Positions 9,490 to 18,564 of a stretch of DNA of 64,000 nucleotides are shown piece after piece. The DNA is from a virus. The position numbers were made by a program, and so were the translations under genes. The stretch covers positions 32,001 to 96,000 of the IMG/VR virus record IMGVR_UViG_3300035703_000016; one strand, 5' to 3'. Position 1 is the first letter of the stretch. Each line of letters begins with the position of its first letter. The notes below the pieces were generated by a model. It was not told the DNA's origin, did no database searches, and was given only the letters and a program-made list of their open reading frames with translations.

Positions 9490-11799
9490 TTAGTGAGCGT
9501 CTTTAAAGTTTCTTCCTATTTCAGCTGGCGCTTTTAGTTTTATACTTATTTTTGTAGTATTCTCCATTAGCTGTTGAACTAACTCTGCGCATTCTTTAGC
9601 TCGGTCTTCTGGAACTTCGGTTATTATTTGGTCATGTATTTGTCCGCACACTTGTCCGTCAATTCCTCTTTTCTTTAATTCTCTATTTATAGCTATAGCT
9701 GCTCTATTTACTATTGATGCTGATAAACCTTGAATTTGTACGTTAAGTGCGTTATTTAAACCATTGGAGTAATCCCTATAGATCTTTGTTACTTTGTCTT
9801 TTCCATATTGTTTAGACAGCATATTTCTAATCTGCCAATCCATTATACCCTCTCCAATGATGTCATGTATTTTTTTAACTTTATCTAAATGTCTTACTCG
9901 ACCTACTTGAGTTTTTACATATCCCAAAGTTTGAGCTTGAGTTCTAGAGTCATGCATCCATTGTTTCAAGGCAGGAAATCCATTTAAATATCCGTCTACT
10001 AATGTCTGTGCTTTTTTCTGAGATACTCCTAATGTTTTTCCAAGAGCGTATGCGCCCATTCCGTAAGGTATTCCTAGAGAATATGCTTTAGCATCATTTC
10101 TAACTTTTGGCGCATGTTTCCTAAGAAAATTTTCTGACTTTTTATCTGGAGAATATTGATGAAGTCCTTCGGTTTTTATTGCAATAGTAGAATAAAAATC
10201 CCAATTGTTTCTAAATATATCTCTTAACCCCTCATCACCAGACACGTGAGCAAATACGTGAGGCTCTAATGACTCATAATCACAATCTATAAATACATTT
10301 CCAGTATCAGATATAAAAAATGCCCTAATCAAATTTGTATATTCAACTACTATAGGATCATCATCGCCTTCTTCTTTAGGTCTTGGTAATTGTTGAGCAT
10401 CTGACCCATATCTTCCTGAGACTGTGCCATGCTGTTTATAATAAAAAAAATACCTGCCGTTTTCTTGACCATCTAAAAACCTATCCATATAGGTAGATTT
10501 TATCTTTAGTAACTTTCCATATATTCTTAATTTAGAAGCCCAAGAATGTTGATCAGCTATGCTTTGAATTAAGTCTTCGTCAAATTGAGACTTACCTTTT
10601 TTAGTCTGAGAAAGAGGTTTTATTCCAAGAGCATTAAATGCAATATCTCCCATTTGATCTTTGGATTGTATATTGAAAAAAGCTCCATCATTTTCTTTTT
10701 TCCAAAGACTTATACTTATTTTATCTAAATCTTCTTGATCTAAAACATACTCAAATCCTTCTAATAAAAATGTTTTAACTGGAGATGGTGGTAATTTTGA
10801 TACAGTAGACTTTGTAATTGAATATTTTCCAGAAGTTTCTGAAATCGGTAAATCTAAATTAAAATATTTTGCTGTTTCTTGAGCGTATGATCCTTTATTT
10901 TTTGGTGGAAACATCTCTGTTGCCTTGTTCTTAATCCACCTTTGAACTTCTTTACGTTCTAGTAAATCATCAACGACTAGTCTTTCATATTTTTCCATAT
11001 CAAGAGTGATTTTTTCTCTTGATGATTTTATTAATTCAAGATCAATTTTAACTCCTCTATCTTCCATAGGAATTGTGACTTCTCTGTAAAGAGGCATAAC
11101 TTCATCTTCAAAAAAGAATTCAAGTAGTCCTTGTTCTTCTAATTTTTTAAGATAATACTCATATACTCGTAAAGCTAAATCCGTGTCAGCGCATGCATAT
11201 TTAGATAATATATCGATATTTGCTTTAAAAATTTCATAATTATCTTTAGAAGTAGATCCACCATTTGCTTTTATAGATTCTTTTAAGTCTATTTGCTCTT
11301 GATTTGCTTCAGTTTCAACATCAATTCCAATTTCTGATTGTATGCTTCTTGCAACTTCTTTTAATGCAAACACTCCTTGGCCATATTCAGAATTTACACC
11401 CTCTTCTTGAATAGTGTGAACCATAAGCAAAGTATCTGCATAAATAGAATCTATTAAATTTACACCATAGAAATTTTTAATAAATCTAGAGTCAAAAGAT
11501 AAATTATGTCCTATTAGTTTTTTTCCTACTAAAAGAAGTAAAATTTTCTTTGCTATATCATGACAAGAAATACCATCAATCTTAGCGTCCAGGAGCTCGC
11601 CATTAGCATATATCATTGTTGGCAAGTAGTAGCCAAGGCCTTTAACTCCAGTAACAGAGAATCCTATTATTTGACCTTTTCTAGTATTTAAGGAATCTGT
11701 TTCTATATCGACTGAAATATACTCATGTTCTTTTATATGAGCTACCATTTCTTTGACTTTAGTCGAAGTATCTACTTTCAAATAGACTCTTTCTGTCAT
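9490..11799 (-). CDS. polA: family A DNA polymerase with 3'-5' exonuclease
   Basis: ExoI DIET, ExoII HNLSFD, ExoIII YACAD; motif A DYESLE, motif B RNDAKAYSLGIPYG, motif C QIHDQ. Confidence 0.95.
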   Translation of the reverse strand: MTERVYLKVDTSTKVKEMVAHIKEHEYISVDIETDSLNTRKGQIIGFSVTGVKGLGYYLPTMIYANGELLDAKIDGISCHDIAKKILLLLVGKKLIGHNLSFDSRFIKNFYGVNLIDSIYADTLLMVHTIQEEGVNSEYGQGVFALKEVARSIQSEIGIDVETEANQEQIDLKESIKANGGSTSKDNYEIFKANIDILSKYACADTDLALRVYEYYLKKLEEQGLLEFFFEDEVMPLYREVTIPMEDRGVKIDLELIKSSREKITLDMEKYERLVVDDLLERKEVQRWIKNKATEMFPPKNKGSYAQETAKYFNLDLPISETSGKYSITKSTVSKLPPSPVKTFLLEGFEYVLDQEDLDKISISLWKKENDGAFFNIQSKDQMGDIAFNALGIKPLSQTKKGKSQFDEDLIQSIADQHSWASKLRIYGKLLKIKSTYMDRFLDGQENGRYFFYYKQHGTVSGRYGSDAQQLPRPKEEGDDDPIVVEYTNLIRAFFISDTGNVFIDCDYESLEPHVFAHVSGDEGLRDIFRNNWDFYSTIAIKTEGLHQYSPDKKSENFLRKHAPKVRNDAKAYSLGIPYGMGAYALGKTLGVSQKKAQTLVDGYLNGFPALKQWMHDSRTQAQTLGYVKTQVGRVRHLDKVKKIHDIIGEGIMDWQIRNMLSKQYGKDKVTKIYRDYSNGLNNALNVQIQGLSASIVNRAAIAINRELKKRGIDGQVCGQIHDQIITEVPEDRAKECAELVQQLMENTTKISIKLKAPAEIGRNFKDAH

Positions 11800-11968
11800 A
11801 AACTTTATTTTTTTTGTAAGGAAATAACTTATTTAGTTTGTATTGTCTTCTATCACAACCACAGTCTTGTAAACCTAATACTTTTTTAGCAAACCATGAA
11901 GACAAAATATCAAGTTTAAAAAAGTGTGTAAATTTAAAGACTGTATCCCCAAGACCTCTACTTTTCAT
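11759..11968 (-). CDS. small Cys-containing phage protein
   Basis: GLGDTV...DCGCDRRQ.KLN motif. Confidence 0.6.
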   Translation of the reverse strand: MKSRGLGDTVFKFTHFFKLDILSSWFAKKVLGLQDCGCDRRQYKLNKLFPYKKNKVYDRKSLFESRYFD

Positions 11969-12152
11969 TTATTTTATTTTCTAAATTTGTTATTGCTGTA
12001 GATGCTCCTAATATTAAATTTTGAACTTGGATCCATAAATTATTATGATCTTGTCTAAGTCTGTATATCATTCTAAATTGATATATCTGCAAACTCATTA
12101 GTATGAAAATAATAACTAGATAAAAATCTTGAAGCGTAAGTGTAATTGTCAT
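11958..12152 (-). CDS. small membrane protein
   Basis: N-terminal hydrophobic stretch FYLVIIFILMSL followed by a coiled-coil-like segment. Confidence 0.55.
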   Translation of the reverse strand: MTITLTLQDFYLVIIFILMSLQIYQFRMIYRLRQDHNNLWIQVQNLILGASTAITNLENKINEK

Positions 12153-12155
12153 AAT

Positions 12156-12188
12156 TAAATGTACTACTATATCTTGAAGATTTATAAA
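12156..12188 (-). promoter_or_regulatory. putative host-sigma-type promoter for the polA operon
   Basis: TTTA-N21-TACATTTA on the minus strand, immediately after a terminator. Confidence 0.35.
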
Positions 12189-12200
12189 TTTTCTTCAAAG

Positions 12201-12225
12201 TAAAAGAGGCCTTAGGCCTCTTTTA
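12201..12225. terminator. intrinsic terminator (symmetric, potentially bidirectional)
   Basis: TAAAAGAGGCC-TTA-GGCCTCTTTTA perfect inverted repeat right after the stop codon. Confidence 0.85.
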
Positions 12226-13173
12226 TTATTTCTTTAAACTCTGCGATTGTGCTTTTGCTTCAGCCTCTGCTTTCCATTTTCTATCTCTTAACTTTAGATT
12301 TAGTGGTTGGACTTTTACTTGAGACATTGATCCTACGATTTTGCCTGTTGCTGGAAAGAATTTAGCATCAAAGTTAGGATCTATTTCATTTCCAAGTTTT
12401 AAGATCTTTTCTTGGTTTGCTGCGACGTCATTTCCAGATATTACAACTCTTGTAGTTTTCATACCCAAGGACATATGAGACAGCTTTGAACTTCCAGGTC
12501 CGTCTTCATTTTCGCTTATAGATTCTTGGAGATATTTTTTGATAAATTGATCGAAGATAATTTTTGCAATTTTTATATTACCTCTATACTTTTGTTGATA
12601 GAATAATGGCGCATTCCCAAAAGTTGAATCTCCTGCTACGCCGTATATCTTATGCATTATATTATCTCCTTGCTTATATGATTGAGCGTATAAATCCCAC
12701 GTATAACCCCCCGCTTTAATCTTATGTAACTCTTCTTTAGGTCTACCTTGATCATCAAAAAGATGTTTAACTTTTTCCCAAGATTGAGGTCCTAATTTAA
12801 GAATCATTGTAGGTCTACCACCTCCAGAATCTTTCTTATAAACATAATCTGAACTTCTAGGTCCGTCTTCATTTTCCTCTAAAAAATCATCATCTTTATC
12901 ATTGTATGAATTAAAAGCTGGTCTATTTTTAAAGATAGAAGTCTTACCCCACTGACGTATTTTATCTTCTATAGGTTTTAATACATCATTCTTATAATTT
13001 TCTCCAGATGTATAATATGCTTTCTTCCAATTATCGCTATCTGATAACCATGCTTCGATAATTTCTTTTATCTTTGGATACTTACCATATTTTTTTTGAA
13101 ATACTGAAATTAACTTATTCGCTATATTTTTATCAAGCGTAGATTCTTTTAGTAAAGGAATTAATTTTATCAT
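12226..13173 (-). CDS. putative internal head (ejected) polyprotein with MIKL leader
   Basis: Starts MIKLIPLLKE; two ENEDGPxSS repeats; has its own ATATTTAT motif and terminator. Confidence 0.55.
   Translation of the reverse strand: MIKLIPLLKESTLDKNIANKLISVFQKKYGKYPKIKEIIEAWLSDSDNWKKAYYTSGENYKNDVLKPIEDKIRQWGKTSIFKNRPAFNSYNDKDDDFLEENEDGPRSSDYVYKKDSGGGRPTMILKLGPQSWEKVKHLFDDQGRPKEELHKIKAGGYTWDLYAQSYKQGDNIMHKIYGVAGDSTFGNAPLFYQQKYRGNIKIAKIIFDQFIKKYLQESISENEDGPGSSKLSHMSLGMKTTRVVISGNDVAANQEKILKLGNEIDPNFDAKFFPATGKIVGSMSQVKVQPLNLKLRDRKWKAEAEAKAQSQSLKK
12487..12876. repeat. 27-bp direct repeat pair (12487-12513 and 12850-12876, one mismatch)
   Basis: tgaacttc(c/t)aggtccgtcttcattttc, encoding ENEDGP(G/R)SS. 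Confidence 0.85.
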
Positions 13174-13185
13174 TGAGTTTTTATT

Positions 13186-13193
13186 ATAAATAT
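13186..13193 (-). promoter_or_regulatory. late-promoter-like motif ATATTTAT
   Basis: 12 nt upstream of the ATG; recurrent intergenic motif. Confidence 0.65.
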
Positions 13194-13200
13194 GGCAAAA

Positions 13201-14823
13201 TTATGATTCGCAATTTACGCATTCTAAAATATTTCTAGAAAATGATTGAGCAGAAGACTGACTATATTGATAATATAATGTCTTAATTCCAGATTCATGA
13301 GCATATAAGTATAATTGATTTATATCTTTTGCTGGAACTGATGGATGTATCATTAGATTTAAAGATTGTGCTTGATCAATAAATACTTGACGTTGAGCAG
13401 CCTGTATCAATATTTCTTTAGGAGAAATTTCTATAAATGACTTAAAAACTTGTTTTGTGGGAAAATCTAAATGTTGCACTGAGCCATCTTTTTTCAATAT
13501 ACTTTCCCAAACTTCTGGAGTATTTAATCCATAATTATCTAGTTCTTTTTCTAAATAAGGATTTTTATAGATAGTTTTTGACTTTGCTAAATCTTTAATA
13601 AAATAGTTTGATTTAATTGGTTCTATTCCCATAGAAACTTGACCCAATATAAATGAACTTGATTTAGTTGGAGCTATTGCTACTAGAGTAGTATTCGCGT
13701 ATCCGTCTCTTAAACTTGTTACTCCTTTTTCAAAAAGCATTTTAGAAGCGGACTCTGTTCTTTCTTTTATTGTCTTAAATATCTCATGATTAATCTGCTT
13801 TGCTCTTAAAGATTCAAACTCTATTAAATTATATTGTAACAAAGAATGATATCCTAGGACTCCAACCCCAATAGCTCTATGTTGAGATGCAAATCTATGA
13901 GCTCTTTTCATACCAGGATACCAATAAGACTTAAATATAAATTCGTCTAATACTGCATTTAAAAACAAAGTATAAGTCTCTATAGCATCTGTATTTTTTA
14001 ATTCATCCCAGTGAAGAAGATTGATAGAGCCTATGCAACAAACAAATGAATTAAAAGAGTCTGTTGGCAACATTATCTCAGTACATAGATTAGAAGCTGT
14101 AATTTTTAAACCTAGTTCTTTATATGGAGTGTTGTTATTTGCATTATCATAGAATTTTATGTAAGGAAATCCAAATTCACTACGTCTTTGAATAACTTTT
14201 GCCCATATCTTCCTCTTGTCTGCATCTCCCTGTTTCATTTCATCTAACCACTTGTCTGTAACAGTTACTCCATATTGTAAATTTTGTATAGGATTTCCTT
14301 CAGTTCCTATATCTAAAAATTCCAAAATGTCTCCATGTTCTATTGGAAGATATACAGCGCATGCTCCTCTTCTAGCTTCAGATTGTTTTGATACATCTAC
14401 CGTAGTGTCATATAATCTAGCATAGTGTACAGGCCCATCAGCAGTTCCACCAGTTGATATTTTTGAACCTCTTGCTCTTATATTTCCCAAATAAGCAGAT
14501 GTGCCACCTCCATATTTAGACATCATGCCTATTTCTCTAGCAGCATTTAATATACTATCAAGAGTATCATCTATATTAGAACCATAGCAGCTTATAGGAA
14601 GTCCTTTCTCTTTTCCAAAATTAATCCAAACAGGAGTTGCTAAACTATAGTATCCTCTGGACATATAGTCTTCAAATTTCTTAGCAAATCCTTCTATTTT
14701 AAGATATTTTTCTGCCGTGTTTGATATGTCTTTAATTCTTTGTTCAGGAGTTTCTTCTATATAACCTCTAGATAAAAAAGTCCTACTATCTTCGTTTAAC
14801 CAATAATATTTTTCGTATGTCAT
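13201..14823 (-). CDS. nrdA: class I ribonucleotide reductase alpha subunit, short, no ATP cone
   Basis: PISC, GGGTS, SNLCTEI, AIAPT, DQAQS, KTLYY, C-terminal CVNC. Confidence 0.95.
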   Translation of the reverse strand: MTYEKYYWLNEDSRTFLSRGYIEETPEQRIKDISNTAEKYLKIEGFAKKFEDYMSRGYYSLATPVWINFGKEKGLPISCYGSNIDDTLDSILNAAREIGMMSKYGGGTSAYLGNIRARGSKISTGGTADGPVHYARLYDTTVDVSKQSEARRGACAVYLPIEHGDILEFLDIGTEGNPIQNLQYGVTVTDKWLDEMKQGDADKRKIWAKVIQRRSEFGFPYIKFYDNANNNTPYKELGLKITASNLCTEIMLPTDSFNSFVCCIGSINLLHWDELKNTDAIETYTLFLNAVLDEFIFKSYWYPGMKRAHRFASQHRAIGVGVLGYHSLLQYNLIEFESLRAKQINHEIFKTIKERTESASKMLFEKGVTSLRDGYANTTLVAIAPTKSSSFILGQVSMGIEPIKSNYFIKDLAKSKTIYKNPYLEKELDNYGLNTPEVWESILKKDGSVQHLDFPTKQVFKSFIEISPKEILIQAAQRQVFIDQAQSLNLMIHPSVPAKDINQLYLYAHESGIKTLYYQYSQSSAQSFSRNILECVNCES

Positions 14824-14831
14824 ATATATTT

Positions 14832-15812
14832 TTAGAATAGATCGTCTTCTGTAATTGATTTACTTTTTTTATTATAATCGACACTTTTTTTATGAAAAAA
14901 ATCCCCCTCCTTAGTTGAAGTTATCTCAACATCAAACCAAAGAGTCTTTTCTATTTTTAAAAAATCAACATCGAAAATAGATTCCATTCCAATCTTATTA
15001 AGAGAAGAATTAAATCTATTCTTTATAAAATTTTCAATCGTTGATTTTGGTAAAAATTCTAATTCCCCATTTTCAAATATCCAATCAAGTATTTTACACT
15101 CTGCTTTATATGCTTTTTTACAAGCAGAATTTATAAGTTGTTCAAATTCTTTATCAAACCACTCAGGATTTTCTCTTTTTATTATGTTTATTATTTCAGA
15201 TCCAAAGTTTCCGTGAATATCCTCTTCTTTAGACGTCGCCTCTACTACATTTGAAATTCCTTTAAAAATATTTCTTTCTTTATTAAAAGACATCATTATT
15301 AGGAACTGACTAAATAAACTTACATGTTCAATAAACAAAGAAAATAGTAATACTGATTTTGTGTACATTTTATTATCAGAACTTCTAGTTCCGTCTAGAT
15401 ACTTTTTTAAATAAGAAATTCTATCTTTTATTGCTGGTATTTCAACTACTGTCTGAAACTCCTCTTCCAGTCCTAAAATTCTCAATAGCCTAGCATATGC
15501 GTCTTTATGTCTAACTTCAGATTCAGCAAATGTCATTCCAACATCTCCTATTTCTGTAATAGGCATTCTTTTATACATATCTGCCCAAAAAGTTTTTACA
15601 TTAACTTCTATTTGAGCAATTGCAAGCATTGTTCTTTTTATCGCTTCTCTTTCTGATTCTGAAACTTTTGTTTTAAAATCATCAATGTCAGTTGTAAAAT
15701 TAAATTCTGTATCTATCCAATAAGAATGTCGGATAGCATCTTTATATGCAAGTAGAGACGGATACTCGTATGGAAGTATATTCACTCTTGGCATAAATAT
15801 ATTATTATTCAT
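14832..15812 (-). CDS. nrdB: class I ribonucleotide reductase beta subunit (class Id-like)
   Basis: AQIE69..K73, ESE99VRH102..AY106, FIEH, EEDIH, GDFF. Confidence 0.92.
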   Translation of the reverse strand: MNNNIFMPRVNILPYEYPSLLAYKDAIRHSYWIDTEFNFTTDIDDFKTKVSESEREAIKRTMLAIAQIEVNVKTFWADMYKRMPITEIGDVGMTFAESEVRHKDAYARLLRILGLEEEFQTVVEIPAIKDRISYLKKYLDGTRSSDNKMYTKSVLLFSLFIEHVSLFSQFLIMMSFNKERNIFKGISNVVEATSKEEDIHGNFGSEIINIIKRENPEWFDKEFEQLINSACKKAYKAECKILDWIFENGELEFLPKSTIENFIKNRFNSSLNKIGMESIFDVDFLKIEKTLWFDVEITSTKEGDFFHKKSVDYNKKSKSITEDDLF

Positions 15813-15901
15813 TTCTAAATACCTTTATTTTTTAGAATAGTTTATAATCTAGGTCTTGTACAATAAGCCTATTAGTTATTTTTATTAATTAACACTATTC
15901 C

Positions 15902-16102
15902 TTATTTTCCTGGAATAGTCGAGTTTCCTGGAGTAGTAGGAGAATTAGATTGAGCTCTTGCTAGAGTTGATGTAGTTGGAGCTGCTTGATTTGTAGAATT
16001 TAGAAAAGCGATACTGTCATTATACTTTGTTGGAGTATCAGTTGTTCTATATCCGTCTGATTTTTTTGATTTCTTAAATAGATCTATTAAAAAATTTCCC
16101 AT
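15902..16102 (-). CDS. small low-complexity protein with late-type motif
   Basis: ORF preceded by ATATTTAT at 16124-16131. Confidence 0.6.
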   Translation of the reverse strand: MGNFLIDLFKKSKKSDGYRTTDTPTKYNDSIAFLNSTNQAAPTTSTLARAQSNSPTTPGNSTIPGK

Positions 16103-16138
16103 GATTGTTTTGTTTTTATATCAATAAATATCGATAAA

Positions 16139-17524
16139 TTATTTTGAAAGTTCAAAGAACTTTTTACTTAGTATTGATTTTTCTTCAAATGTCAAACTTC
16201 CTGCAGAAGAAGATTTAAATTGTCCATTTGTTTGAGCCTGCATTGATTGAATTTCTTCTTCAGTCAATTCTTGTGTATCTATTTTTATAGAACCATTGTC
16301 TGTGTTTATTTGAGCGTTATATGTCATACCGTCTTGACCGTATCTATTTTTCATAATGTGCACTCTACCAGTTTTATTTAACTTATCGATTCTTTTTCTT
16401 GACAAAGACGCAATAAAATCTGCAATCATAATTTTATTATAAGATCCAGCAGCTTTATCGCCTTCTACAATGTCGTCTTTTGCTCCAGCCCTATTAACTT
16501 GAGAAACAGACCATATTGGTGTATTTAATTCTCTTGCCATTCCCTTTATAGCTGTATATACGTCGTCTATTTCATCCTTTATATCCACAGATTTTCTATT
16601 TGATTTTAATAAATCAATATAATCTATGATAATTAAGTCTGGTTTGTGTCCTAAATCTATACATTTTCTTATGTGAGATTCTATAGTATTAACAGTTGTT
16701 TTCCCCATAGGAAACTCTTTTACTATGAGTTTTCCTGGTATATTTTTTATAACCTTTTCTACAGTTTCTCTATGATTATAAATCTCTTTAAAGTCTATAC
16801 CGGTTAATACCGAATCGTATCTTTTTCCAGTATAAATATCTGAAAGTTCTAATGTATAATGAACAACAGTAAAACCGTTCTTGATAGCGTACGCCCCTAA
16901 ATTAACTAGGAACCAAGATTTTCCACTCCCCGGTCCACCAAATATTAATCCTAAATCTCCTCTTCCCAGTCCTCCCATTAAATGTTGATTAATAATGTCC
17001 CATGGTGTTGGAATTGCAGCTCTATCATCTTCTCTGTGTCTTTGTTCTATATCTTTGTCATACTCATGTCCTATATTTTTATCTGCTCCTGCTTTTAAAG
17101 CTCTATCAATAATAGAACGAATGTCTTCAAATTGACCTTTTCCTAATAAATCTACTGAATTAAGTAATGCCTTTTTTAATTGTTGATTTTTACAAAATCC
17201 AGAAAATTCTTGTTCTATATAATCCCTGTCTTCATTTGCGGCTTTTAATGATTCTTTGACTTGCTCTGCTACTGATATTTTTAATACCTCATTATCTATT
17301 TTTTTTACTTCTACTTGTAAAAATTCTAATGACGGTGTTGTGTGGTATTTATAGTAGTACCTTAATATCTCTTTTACTATCCACTGAGACGCTGGGGAAT
17401 CAAACATTTCAGGCTCTATAACATCATTGATTGTCTGTAGAAACTCTTTATGCTTTAAAAGTGAACTAAGCACTTTTATTTGAAAACCTGAACCGTACGC
17501 GTTAAGCGTATTTAATTGTGCCAT
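16139..17524 (-). CDS. dnaB: replicative helicase (DnaB/T4 gp41-like)
   Basis: GGPGSGKS Walker A, YTLE, IIIDYID, SQVNR, KNRYG. Confidence 0.93.
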   Translation of the reverse strand: MAQLNTLNAYGSGFQIKVLSSLLKHKEFLQTINDVIEPEMFDSPASQWIVKEILRYYYKYHTTPSLEFLQVEVKKIDNEVLKISVAEQVKESLKAANEDRDYIEQEFSGFCKNQQLKKALLNSVDLLGKGQFEDIRSIIDRALKAGADKNIGHEYDKDIEQRHREDDRAAIPTPWDIINQHLMGGLGRGDLGLIFGGPGSGKSWFLVNLGAYAIKNGFTVVHYTLELSDIYTGKRYDSVLTGIDFKEIYNHRETVEKVIKNIPGKLIVKEFPMGKTTVNTIESHIRKCIDLGHKPDLIIIDYIDLLKSNRKSVDIKDEIDDVYTAIKGMARELNTPIWSVSQVNRAGAKDDIVEGDKAAGSYNKIMIADFIASLSRKRIDKLNKTGRVHIMKNRYGQDGMTYNAQINTDNGSIKIDTQELTEEEIQSMQAQTNGQFKSSSAGSLTFEEKSILSKKFFELSK

Positions 17525-17541
17525 AACTATTTATATTATTT

Positions 17542-18552
17542 TTAATTTGTACTTAAATACCTAAAATTAGTAAACAACCAAGTTTGAGGATTTGTTATAC
17601 TTTTTCCTAATTCATCCTCATTATACATTTCTATAAACTCTGAAGGATAATAATCTTTTTTTGCGTCTTGCACCATTTGATCTATTTCTATCTTTGCATC
17701 TTCTGGAATATTAGTATCTTCTAAGTCCATTAATTGCTTATTTATATATAGCTGATTCTTAAAGTCATATATTTTATTTAGCAATGGAACTTTACTATCT
17801 TTACATTTATCTAAGATATTCTCTAGATTAATAGTAACTGATTCTCCCAATTCAGGAAAATGTTTTAATAGAGTCTTGATTCCTAATCCTTTTACTCCAG
17901 GTACATTATCGCCTTTATCTCCTAATAAAATCTTTTGAGTTAAGAAATTTTTAGATGTGACTTCATATTCTCTTAATACGTCGTGTGGTCCATAAAATTT
18001 CTTTTTAGTAGGAGAATATATAGTTACTCTATCAGACGCTAGTTGAAGATAATCTCTATCAGAGGACATTATTGTTACTTCTCCATCAATACGTTTTGTT
18101 ATATATCCTATAACATCATCTGCTTCTATTTTATCAATGCATAAAAGATCCACTGGCAGACATTTTAAATAATCTATTAGTCTCACTAGTTGATTTTTTA
18201 TTGCGTCTCCTTCTTCTTCTAATGAATCAAATGTATCCCAATTTGTAATTCTTTTTAGTCCTCTATGGGCTTTATATTCTGGATATAGATATCTTTTATT
18301 TGTAGAACTACCTTTTCCGTCAAATACCACTATGACTCTGCTTGGTCGAACTAGTCTCATTCCGTAAGCCATTGATTTTAAAAATCCAGTCAGCGCTCCA
18401 ATGTGCTGTCCTGAAGGATTCGTATGCTGAATCATTGCGAACGATCTCAAAAAATTATTCAACCCGTCTACTATGAAAGTTTTAGATTTTTCATTAGAAA
18501 CAGATTTTTCATCTTTTAATGAGTCTAATATATCTTGATAATTGCTATTCAT
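17542..18552 (-). CDS. 5'-3' exonuclease / T4 RNase H-like flap nuclease
   Basis: VDG, VFDG, YPEYKA, EADD, SSDRD, GDKGDNVPGVKGLG. Confidence 0.92.
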   Translation of the reverse strand: MNSNYQDILDSLKDEKSVSNEKSKTFIVDGLNNFLRSFAMIQHTNPSGQHIGALTGFLKSMAYGMRLVRPSRVIVVFDGKGSSTNKRYLYPEYKAHRGLKRITNWDTFDSLEEEGDAIKNQLVRLIDYLKCLPVDLLCIDKIEADDVIGYITKRIDGEVTIMSSDRDYLQLASDRVTIYSPTKKKFYGPHDVLREYEVTSKNFLTQKILLGDKGDNVPGVKGLGIKTLLKHFPELGESVTINLENILDKCKDSKVPLLNKIYDFKNQLYINKQLMDLEDTNIPEDAKIEIDQMVQDAKKDYYPSEFIEMYNEDELGKSITNPQTWLFTNFRYLSTN

Positions 18553-18564
18553 AATTTTTATTTT

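Noticed and set aside
15793-15800. ATATTTAT copy at the start of nrdB
   Set aside because: It lies inside the coding region; intragenic copies are expected by chance at this AT content
15813-15901. Riboswitch or NrdR box upstream of nrdB
   Set aside because: Only a weak AT-rich hairpin (TAGGCTT...AAGACCTA) is present, with no recognisable consensus
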